Source: an uncultured Eubacteriales bacterium
GTDB lineage: Bacteria > Bacillota > Clostridia > Oscillospirales > CAG-272
Direction: 5' to 3'
DNA length: 64,000 bases
NCBI GenBank assembly: GCA_934481515.1
Contig: CAKSPO010000001.1
Span: forward strand, 27,561 to 91,560
Shown here: positions 57,122-64,000 of the stretch, in pieces
Layout: every line of letters begins with the position of its first letter
How positions within the stretch are numbered: position 1 is the stretch's first letter
The notes under the pieces: model-generated
What the model was told of the DNA's origin: nothing
The model's database searches: none
What the model saw: only the letters and a program-made list of their open reading frames with translations
Translations under genes and position numbers: made by a program

Positions 57122-57490
57122 ATGACACAATGGATCGTTGCCGCCGATGCGATGCGCTTTGGTGAGCGCGCCGCTACGGCGGGAATTGTGACGCTTCAGG
57201 GAATGGTCACCATTTTTGTGGTGCTTGCATTGCTTTGGGGCGTGGTGGAAATCATGCATCGCGTGATTCACAAAGGGGACAAGAAAGCGGCTGCAGAGCC
57301 TGCCGCACAGCCGTTGTCGGTAGCGGAAGCGGAGGAAGCGGTTGTTGCTGAAGAAGAGGACGACGGAGCCATAGTTGCCGCAATTACCGCGGCAGTGACT
57401 GCATTCCGGGCAGAAGAGGGAAGCACCACGGGATTCCGTGTGGTTTCTTTCCGGAGAGCAGAGCCGGCAATGCGTAAGAAGAGATTTTAA
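57122..57490 (+). CDS. OadG/MmdD-like small membrane subunit of Na+-translocating decarboxylase
   Basis: Start ATG 57122. A single TM (GMVTIFVVLALLWGVVEIM), an Ala/Glu-rich linker, and AAITAAVTAF near the C-terminus. Confidence 0.65.
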   Translation: MTQWIVAADAMRFGERAATAGIVTLQGMVTIFVVLALLWGVVEIMHRVIHKGDKKAAAEPAAQPLSVAEAEEAVVAEEEDDGAIVAAITAAVTAFRAEEGSTTGFRVVSFRRAEPAMRKKRF

Positions 57491-57571
57491 TGCCTGATCG
57501 AATCAATTGTCCGAGAATAATAATTTGAGAATAATAATTGAAGAAAGGTAACCAGAAACAAGGTAAATATC

Positions 57572-57949
57572 ATGAAAAACTATCGCGTTACAGTCAATGG
57601 CGTCGCATACGACGTATCTGTAGAAGAGACCTCTGCCGGAGCGGTTGCTGCCGCTCCGGTTGCTCCGGTTGCTCCGGTTGCTCCCAAGGCTCCTGCTGCC
57701 GCTCCGAAGAAGGCGGCTCCTGCCGGAAAAGCCGGTGCTACCGTTGTCAAGGCACCGATGCCCGGTACGCTTGTCAAAGTCAATGTCAAGCCGGGGGATG
57801 CCGTCAAGCGCGGTGACGTGCTCTGCGTACTGGAAGCTATGAAGATGGAGAACGATATCATGGCTCCCGCCGACGGTGTCGTTGCTACCGTGGATGCCAC
57901 AAAGGGCGCATCCGTTGCAACGGATGCGGTTCTTGTCACGCTCAACTGA
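57572..57949 (+). CDS. Biotin carboxyl carrier protein (biotinyl domain)
   Basis: Ala/Pro linker followed by a biotinyl domain with the EAMKMEN motif. Confidence 0.9.
   Translation: MKNYRVTVNGVAYDVSVEETSAGAVAAAPVAPVAPVAPKAPAAAPKKAAPAGKAGATVVKAPMPGTLVKVNVKPGDAVKRGDVLCVLEAMKMENDIMAPADGVVATVDATKGASVATDAVLVTLN
57653..57684 (+). repeat. 9 bp tandem repeat (GCTCCGGTT x ~3.5) encoding the PVA linker of the biotin carrier
   Basis: Direct reading: gctccggtt gctccggtt gctccggtt gctcc. Confidence 0.9.
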
Positions 57950-57995
57950 TTTCCTCGACCGGAAACGGATTTTCTGAAAGAAAGGAAATACTCTC

Positions 57996-59189
57996 ATGAA
58001 TTTGTTGGATAGTATCCAAAGCTTTCTTGAGTCAACGGGCGTTGCGCAGATGTTTGCGGACGGAGGGGTCGGTGCGCTCAAAACGCTGATTATGTTCGTC
58101 ATCGCCGGTGTTCTGGTTTATCTGGCATTGGCGCGCGGATTTGAGCCGCTTTTGTTGCTTCCCATCGCCATCGGCGTGCTGTTGACCAATATCCCCGGTA
58201 TTTCGCTGTTCCATTCCGAATGGTACATGGTTCCCGGACAGATCGATTATGTGAATATTCTGAACCACGGAGAACTGCTGGACATCCTTTATATCGGTGT
58301 CAAGACCGGATTTTATCCCTGTATGATCTTTATCGGCATCGGAGCGATGACCGATTTCACACCTTTGATTTCCAATCCGAAAAGCCTTCTGATCGGTGCC
58401 GGCGCACAGCTCGGCGTGTTTGTGGCGTTTTCCGGGGCACTGCTGTCTACGCTGTTCACTCCTGCAGAAGCCGCGTCCATCGGTATCATCGGCGGAGCCG
58501 ACGGGCCGACGGCAATTTACGTGACCAAAACACTGGCACCCGCCCTGCTCGGAGCCATTGCCATCGCGGCATATTCCTACATGGCACTGATCCCGATGAT
58601 TCAACCGCCGATCATGCGCCTGATGACCAACGAAAAAGAGCGCAAGATCAAGATGAGCGATCTGCGCCCGGTGACCAAGCTGGAGAAGGTGATGTTCCCG
58701 CTGGTCGTAACCCTGATCGTCGGTCTGGTGGTGCCTTCGGCACTGTCCCTGATCGGGTGTCTGATGTTCGGTAACATTCTGAATGTCTGCGGCGTAACCG
58801 ACCGTCTCTCCAAAACCGTACAGAACGGTTTGATGAACGCCATTACCGTCTGCCTCGGAATTTCCGTCGGAGCAACGGCAAAGGCGGCGACCTTCCTCGA
58901 CCTGAAAACGCTCGGCATCATTGCGCTGGGTCTGGTTGCATTCTGCATTTCCACCTTCGGCGGACTTCTTACCGCCAAGATTATGTGCAAGCTGACCGGC
59001 GGTAAGATCAATCCGCTGATCGGTTCTGCCGGTGTTTCCGCTGTTCCGATGGCGGCGCGTGTTTCACAGAGAGAAGGACAGAAGGCGGATCCCTCCAACT
59101 TCCTTTTGATGCACGCCATGGGACCGAACGTTGCGGGTGTCATCGGTTCTGCGGTTGCGGCAGGCGTTCTGCTTGCTTGCTTTGCTTAA
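57996..59189 (+). CDS. Sodium-ion-translocating decarboxylase beta subunit (OadB/MmdB/GcdB family)
   Basis: 397 aa polytopic membrane protein. The segments GADGPTAIY and GSAGVSAVPMAAR are typical of the family. Confidence 0.9.
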   Translation: MNLLDSIQSFLESTGVAQMFADGGVGALKTLIMFVIAGVLVYLALARGFEPLLLLPIAIGVLLTNIPGISLFHSEWYMVPGQIDYVNILNHGELLDILYIGVKTGFYPCMIFIGIGAMTDFTPLISNPKSLLIGAGAQLGVFVAFSGALLSTLFTPAEAASIGIIGGADGPTAIYVTKTLAPALLGAIAIAAYSYMALIPMIQPPIMRLMTNEKERKIKMSDLRPVTKLEKVMFPLVVTLIVGLVVPSALSLIGCLMFGNILNVCGVTDRLSKTVQNGLMNAITVCLGISVGATAKAATFLDLKTLGIIALGLVAFCISTFGGLLTAKIMCKLTGGKINPLIGSAGVSAVPMAARVSQREGQKADPSNFLLMHAMGPNVAGVIGSAVAAGVLLACFA

Positions 59190-59213
59190 TTTCTTTGAGA
59201 ATGGAGAAATCAT

Positions 59214-60611
59214 ATGTCGAAAGTAAAAATTACGGAAACTGTCCTCCGCGATTCGCATCAGTCCCTGATTGCAACCCGGATGACCACCGAAGAAATGCTC
59301 CCGATTCTGGAGCAAATGGATAAGGTCGGATACCATTCTCTGGAGGCATGGGGAGGCGCTACCTTTGATGCCTGCATGCGTTTTCTGAATGAGGATCCGT
59401 GGGAAAGACTGCGCAAGATTCGCGAGAGAGTCAAGAACACAAAGTTGCAAATGCTCTTCCGCGGACAGAATATCCTCGGCTATCGTCACTATTCCGATGA
59501 CGTGGTGGAATACTTCGTACAGAAGTCGATTGCAAACGGCATCGACATCATCCGGATTTTCGATGCATTGAACGATCCCCGCAACCTGCGTACCGCCATC
59601 AACGCAACCAAAAAAGAGGGCGGACACGTTCAGGCGGCGTTCTCCTATACCACAGGTCCTGTTTATACCATGGAGTATTATTCCAAGTATGCCAAGGAGC
59701 TGGAGGAGATGGGAGCGGATTCTATCTGCATCAAGGATATGGCTGGCTTGCTTAAGCCGTATGATGCGTATGACCTGGTAAAGACGCTGAAGGAGTCCGT
59801 CAAGGTTCCGATTCAGCTTCATACCCACTATACCGCAGGACTTGCTTCCATGACCCTGCTCAAGGCAGTGGAAGCCGGCGTGGATGTCATCGACACCGCA
59901 ATTTCCCCGATGGCAATGGGAACCTCTCAGCCGCCGACAGAATCCATGGTTGCCGCTTTGCAGGGAACTCAGTGGGATACCGGCATCAAGCTGACCGATC
60001 TGGATGTCATCACTAAGTATTTCACGCCTCTGCGTGAGAAGTACCTTGCAAGCGGACTCCTCAACCCCAAGGCACTGAAGGTGGATGTCAACGCGCTTGT
60101 TTACCAGGTCCCGGGCGGAATGCTCTCCAACCTGATGAGCCAGCTTGCACAGGCAGGCAAGTCCGACCAGCTGACAGCGGTTCTGGAAGAGGTTCCGCGC
60201 GTCAGAGCAGATGTCGGCTATCCTCCGCTCGTGACGCCTTCCTCCCAGATCGTCGGAACACAGGCAGTGTTCAATGTCATCATGGGCGAGAGATACAAGA
60301 CCGTCACCAAGGAATTTAAGGGAATTGTCCGCGGCGAATACGGTAAGACCCCTGTGCCGATTGATCCTGCTTTTGTAAAGAAGATCATCGGAGACGAGAA
60401 ACCGATCACCTACCGCCCGGCGGACGCGCTCAAGCCGGAACTGGAACAGCTCCGCCGCGAGATTGCACCGTACATGGAGCAGGAAGAGGACGTCCTCTCT
60501 TATGCGTTGTTCCCGGAGGTTTCCAAGAAGTTCTTTGAGTACCGCAAGGCAAAGAAGTATCATCTGGACGCCGAGAATTCCGATCCCGCCAACGGCGTTC
60601 ACGCCATCTGA
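59214..60611 (+). CDS. Oxaloacetate decarboxylase alpha / pyruvate carboxylase subunit B-type carboxyltransferase (5S-like), no biotinyl domain
   Basis: KITETVLRDSHQSL, EAWGGATFDACMRFLNEDPWERL, IKDMAGLL, and the TIM-barrel HTHYTAG metal site. Ends at 465 aa without a carrier domain. Confidence 0.9.
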   Translation: MSKVKITETVLRDSHQSLIATRMTTEEMLPILEQMDKVGYHSLEAWGGATFDACMRFLNEDPWERLRKIRERVKNTKLQMLFRGQNILGYRHYSDDVVEYFVQKSIANGIDIIRIFDALNDPRNLRTAINATKKEGGHVQAAFSYTTGPVYTMEYYSKYAKELEEMGADSICIKDMAGLLKPYDAYDLVKTLKESVKVPIQLHTHYTAGLASMTLLKAVEAGVDVIDTAISPMAMGTSQPPTESMVAALQGTQWDTGIKLTDLDVITKYFTPLREKYLASGLLNPKALKVDVNALVYQVPGGMLSNLMSQLAQAGKSDQLTAVLEEVPRVRADVGYPPLVTPSSQIVGTQAVFNVIMGERYKTVTKEFKGIVRGEYGKTPVPIDPAFVKKIIGDEKPITYRPADALKPELEQLRREIAPYMEQEEDVLSYALFPEVSKKFFEYRKAKKYHLDAENSDPANGVHAI

Positions 60612-60679
60612 CACAAACGGCAGAACCGACAAGGCGTACACTTTCAGATTGTGCACGCCTTGATCGAAAGCCGCAAGAG

Positions 60680-60722
60680 AAAAGCTCCCGCAAACCGTTT
60701 TCTGGTTTGCGGGAGCTTTTTT
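60680..60722. terminator. Bidirectional rho-independent terminator (decarboxylase operon / mgtE)
   Basis: AAAAGCTCCCGCAAACC-gttttct-GGTTTGCGGGAGCTTTTTT, a 17 bp perfect stem. Confidence 0.85.
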
Positions 60723-60780
60723 GATTGTTTTTGAATTTTTTCCGGAGGCGCGGAGAGTTATGAGGAGTTTTGCATTTTCT

Positions 60781-62199
60781 TCAGAAGTGAAGAATAGAGG
60801 ACGCGATCCGGAAATAGATAATCAGCGTGACCGTATCTACAATGGTCGTGATAAACGGACTTGCCATCACGGCAGGGTCAAATCCTACCCGTTTTGCGCC
60901 AAGCGGCAGAAGCGTTCCGACCAGTTTTGCAAAGAGAATCGCAAAGAATACGGTCAGGGCAATGATCAGTGCAACCAGAAGATTGTTCTGTGTATCTCCG
61001 TTTTCCAGAATCGTTGTTGCATGGAACCGGAAATCAACCGCCATAACCTTGACGAAGGTGGCGGCGGCAATGGTAACGCCGCAAAGCAGACCGACACGGA
61101 ATTCCTTCCACAAGACCCGGAAAACGTCCCGCATCCCGATTTCACCAAGTGAAAGACCACGGATAATGGTTACGGAGGACTGTCCACCGGCATTTCCGCC
61201 GGTGTCCATCAGCATCGGGAAGAAGGCGGTCAAAATGGCATACGTACCGATTGCGGCTTCATAGTGCGTGATGATTGTGCTGGTAAAGGTGGCGGAGACC
61301 ATCAAAAGAAGCAACCACGGAATCCGTTTTTTCCAGGTTTCAAAAACACCGGTTTTCAGGTACGGCTTGTCTGACGGCAAAATTGCCGCCATTTTTTCGA
61401 TGTCCTCGGTTGCCTCGGTTTCCAATACGTCCAAAGCGTCGTCTACGGTAACGATTCCGACAAGGCGCTTTTCTTTGTCCACAATGGGAAGAGCCAGAAG
61501 GTCGTAGTGGGAGATCATGTTTGCCACGACCTCCCGGTCGTCCTGCGTAGAGGCGTAGAGGACATTTTCATCCATGATGTCAGCAATAATTTCGTTCGGC
61601 TGTGCAAATAGGAGCCGCTTGAGCGGAACCACGCCTTCCAGAATTCGTGCACTGTCCGTTACGTAGGCGACATAAACCGTTTCCTTGTCAAGTCCGATTT
61701 TGCGGATCCGTGCGATCGCTTCCGCACACGTCATATCTTTTCTCAGGTCAATGAACTCACTGGTCATGACGCTTCCGGCGCTGTCCTCCGGATAGGAAAG
61801 AAAACGGTTGATTTCACTCCTTGTTTCCGGCGTCGCGCTTTTCATGATTCGCTTGACTACACTGGCGGGCATTTCTTCCAGCATGTCGATGGTATCGTCC
61901 AGATAAAGTTCCTCCAGCATGTCGGAAATTTCGCGATCCGACATCCCCTGGATGATCGCCTGCTGTTGCTCCGGCTCCAGCTCCGCAAAAATTTCGGCGG
62001 CGGTATCTTTTTTCAAAAGGCGGAAAACGATTGCCATTCGCTTTTCCGGAAGGGAAGCCAGAAAATCCGCGGCATCCACCGGGTTCAGATCATCCAGCCG
62101 GTGCATGAATTCGGAATAATGCCGATTATCCAGAAGATTCAGGAGTTCTTCTGAAAAAGCAGCGTTTTTTTCTGAAAAAGCAGCGTTTTTTTCTGCCAT
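60781..62199 (-). CDS. mgtE: Magnesium transporter MgtE
   Basis: Start ATG 62199 (AGGAGG 9 nt upstream; the track start is TTG 62205). MgtE N-domain, tandem CBS, five-TM C-domain (MDTGGNAGGQ). Confidence 0.9.
   Translation of the reverse strand: MAEKNAAFSEKNAAFSEELLNLLDNRHYSEFMHRLDDLNPVDAADFLASLPEKRMAIVFRLLKKDTAAEIFAELEPEQQQAIIQGMSDREISDMLEELYLDDTIDMLEEMPASVVKRIMKSATPETRSEINRFLSYPEDSAGSVMTSEFIDLRKDMTCAEAIARIRKIGLDKETVYVAYVTDSARILEGVVPLKRLLFAQPNEIIADIMDENVLYASTQDDREVVANMISHYDLLALPIVDKEKRLVGIVTVDDALDVLETEATEDIEKMAAILPSDKPYLKTGVFETWKKRIPWLLLLMVSATFTSTIITHYEAAIGTYAILTAFFPMLMDTGGNAGGQSSVTIIRGLSLGEIGMRDVFRVLWKEFRVGLLCGVTIAAATFVKVMAVDFRFHATTILENGDTQNNLLVALIIALTVFFAILFAKLVGTLLPLGAKRVGFDPAVMASPFITTIVDTVTLIIYFRIASSILHF
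62149..62195 (-). repeat. 21 bp in-frame tandem duplication (2.2 copies) at the 5' end of mgtE
   Basis: The plus strand reads ttctgaaaaagcagcgttttt twice (62149-62169, 62170-62190), then ttctg. It encodes EKNAAFS-EKNAAFS. Confidence 0.9.
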
Positions 62200-62250
62200 G
62201 GGCAAATACCTCCTTTGTCAAAGGATTCTGGCACTGCCTCCCGATCCGAT

Positions 62251-63966
62251 TTATACGAGGGAAGCGAGTGTGGACTGATATGCCGCAAGCTTTTGCTCCG
62301 CCTCGGCGGTATCCTTCGCCTGCAGCATATAGTAGTATTTGATCTTCGGTTCTGTTCCGGAGGGACGGGCAACAATCACATCTCCGTTTTCCAGCCGGTA
62401 ATAAAGCACATTGGAGGAGGGCAGTCCGGTCGGACGTGTTTCTCCGTTTTCCGTGATGATCCCGGTCAGATAATCCCCGACCAAGGTCACGGGAACCTCA
62501 CCGAACATCCGCGGAGGATGATTGCGGAGCCGGTTCATCAGGTTGTTCATCCGTTCCGCGCCGTCCAGCCCCTCCATATAGACCTCCCGGTTGGTCTCAT
62601 AGCAGAAGCCATATTTTTGGAACAAAGCGTTCAGCGCGTCAGAAAGCGTCATACCCTTTGCTTTGTAGAACGCGGTCATCTCACAGATCAGCATGGAAGC
62701 CACCACGGCATCCTTGTCCCGCGCATAGGTTCCCTTCAGATAGCCATAGCTTTCTTCAAAGCCGAAGAGGAAGGAGCCGTCCCCGGTTTTTTCGTAATTT
62801 TTGATGACCTCACCGATGAATTTGAAGCCGGTGAGCACGTTGTGCATTTTCACACCGTTTGCCGCACAGATTTTTGCGGCAAGCTCGGAGGTAACGATGC
62901 TTTTTACCACATAGGGATGCGGCGGCATCGTGCCGGTTTCCCGGTAAGCGGTGATAATATAGTCCACCAAGAGCGCTCCCATCTGGTTTCCGGTGATCGC
63001 AACAAAGCTTCCGTCCCGTGTCCGGGTCATGGCTCCCACCCGGTCTGCGTCCGGATCCGTTGCGATAATCAGATCGGAACCGACACGGTCGGCAAGCCGG
63101 ATTCCGAGCGTAAAGGCTTCCGGGTACTCCGGATTTGGTTTTTTCACGGTCGGGAAGTTTCCGTCAATGACCATCTGCTCGTCCACTGTATACAGGTGCT
63201 TCAGACCGATGCGGCGCATGATCTCCGGAACCAACCGGTATCCGGTTCCATGCAACGGAGAATAAACGATTTTCAGCTCTTCCGCAACCTTTTCGACCGC
63301 AGAAGGATTGACCGCCTGCTGACGGACTGCATTCAGATATTTCTCGTCCATTTCCGCACCGATCAGACGAATGATGCCGGATTTGAGCGCGGCATCGTAG
63401 TCCGTAAGGCGGACATCCGCAAAAATATCCAAACGGTCAATCGCGGCGGACACCGTGTCGGCGTGCTCCGGCGGAAGCTGAGCACCGTCATCCCAATAAG
63501 CCTTGTAGCCGTTGTATTCCTTTGGGTTGTGCGAAGCAGTGATGTTGATTCCGGCAACGCAGTGCAGTTCACGAAGCGCAAAGGAAAGCTCCGGAGTCGG
63601 ACGAAGCGCATCGAAAAGATAGACCTGAATTCCGTTGGCAGAGAGCACCCGTGCCGCGGTTTCGGCAAAGAGACGGGAGTTATTCCGGCAGTCGTAGGCA
63701 ATTGCCACACCGTCCTTTTCTCTGCCTTCTCCGAGAATCAGGGAAGCCAGACCTTGGGTTGCATGTGCCACGGTATGGCGGTTCATCGCATTGAGTCCTG
63801 TTTTCATGGTGCCGCGCAGACCGGCAGTACCAAAGGTCAGCCCGTGAGTAAAGCGAAGCTCCAACTCTTTTTCGTCCTCTGCAATGGATTGCAGCTCGGC
63901 TTTTTCTTCCTCGGAGAGTGCATCGGAGTGCAACCATTTCCGGTAATTTTCAAGGTATTGTTTCAT
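62251..63966 (-). CDS. Phosphoglucomutase / phosphomannomutase family protein
   Basis: Start ATG 63966 (AAGGAGA 5 nt upstream; the track start is TTG 63984). Phosphoserine loop ITASHNPKEYNGYK, metal loop ATDPDADR, sugar loop GFEESYG. Confidence 0.9.
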   Translation of the reverse strand: MKQYLENYRKWLHSDALSEEEKAELQSIAEDEKELELRFTHGLTFGTAGLRGTMKTGLNAMNRHTVAHATQGLASLILGEGREKDGVAIAYDCRNNSRLFAETAARVLSANGIQVYLFDALRPTPELSFALRELHCVAGINITASHNPKEYNGYKAYWDDGAQLPPEHADTVSAAIDRLDIFADVRLTDYDAALKSGIIRLIGAEMDEKYLNAVRQQAVNPSAVEKVAEELKIVYSPLHGTGYRLVPEIMRRIGLKHLYTVDEQMVIDGNFPTVKKPNPEYPEAFTLGIRLADRVGSDLIIATDPDADRVGAMTRTRDGSFVAITGNQMGALLVDYIITAYRETGTMPPHPYVVKSIVTSELAAKICAANGVKMHNVLTGFKFIGEVIKNYEKTGDGSFLFGFEESYGYLKGTYARDKDAVVASMLICEMTAFYKAKGMTLSDALNALFQKYGFCYETNREVYMEGLDGAERMNNLMNRLRNHPPRMFGEVPVTLVGDYLTGIITENGETRPTGLPSSNVLYYRLENGDVIVARPSGTEPKIKYYYMLQAKDTAEAEQKLAAYQSTLASLV

Positions 63967-64000
63967 TGGCGTCTCCTTTTTCAAAAAATGTTTGACCGTT

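Noticed and set aside
62200-62250. M-box (Mg2+) riboswitch upstream of mgtE
   Set aside because: Only 51 bp separate the mgtE start codon from the stop of the upstream phosphoglucomutase gene. An M-box needs about 160 nt.
1-64000. Mobile elements, CRISPR arrays, tRNA/rRNA genes, defence systems, prophage remnants
   Set aside because: I found no transposase/integrase/recombinase-like ORF, no array of short direct repeats with spacers, no cloverleaf-like conserved tRNA ends (GTTCGAATC-type T-loops) in intergenic regions, and no compositional break. The window reads as syntenic core genome.

Overview
This 64 kb window looks like core chromosome from a moderately GC-rich, spore-forming Firmicute. 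A Clostridia/Oscillospiraceae-type origin is inferred only from gene content and synteny. I support about 50 protein genes, almost all housekeeping:
- Translation and RNA modification: tex, trmB, truB, ileS, rluD, tilS, cca, rlmB-like, alaS, tlyA, nusB.
- Replication and repair: dnaB, xseAB, recN.
- The Bacillus-like blocks yybS-gdpP-rplI-dnaB, tilS-hpt-ftsH and nusB-xseAB-ispA-tlyA-nadK-argR-recN.

I found no rRNA, tRNA, CRISPR array, transposase, integrase or phage gene.

Two cis-regulatory RNAs are invisible to the ORF track. A THF riboswitch precedes folT-folC, and a preQ1-I riboswitch precedes queT.

The most interesting locus is a 10-gene, tightly coupled operon at 7819-16112. It encodes an electron-bifurcating-type [FeFe] hydrogenase (HydC, HydD-like, HydB, HydA). 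A six-gene signalling-like module is inserted between hydC and the rest:
- two paralogous DRTGG proteins;
- two orphan GHKL ATPases;
- a PHP phosphoesterase;
- a short HydS-like hydrogenase paralogue.

The HydS-like protein keeps the H-cluster cysteines but lacks the proton-relay Cys, and it has no PAS or DNA-binding output. The catalytic HydA itself reads TSCSPGW instead of the canonical TSCCPxW.

The second locus of interest, at 55741-60611, is a membrane decarboxylase operon. It carries both a divergent 12S-type acyl-CoA carboxyltransferase and a 5S-type oxaloacetate/pyruvate carboxyltransferase, sharing one biotin carrier and one beta pump subunit.

Smaller oddities:
- an unexplained 515 bp convergent gap containing hairpins and a 28-codon hydrophobic sORF;
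- an 18 bp perfect palindrome in the decarboxylase leader;
- a 21 bp in-frame tandem duplication in mgtE.

The many very long antisense ORFs in the track are codon-aligned mirror ORFs and are rejected.
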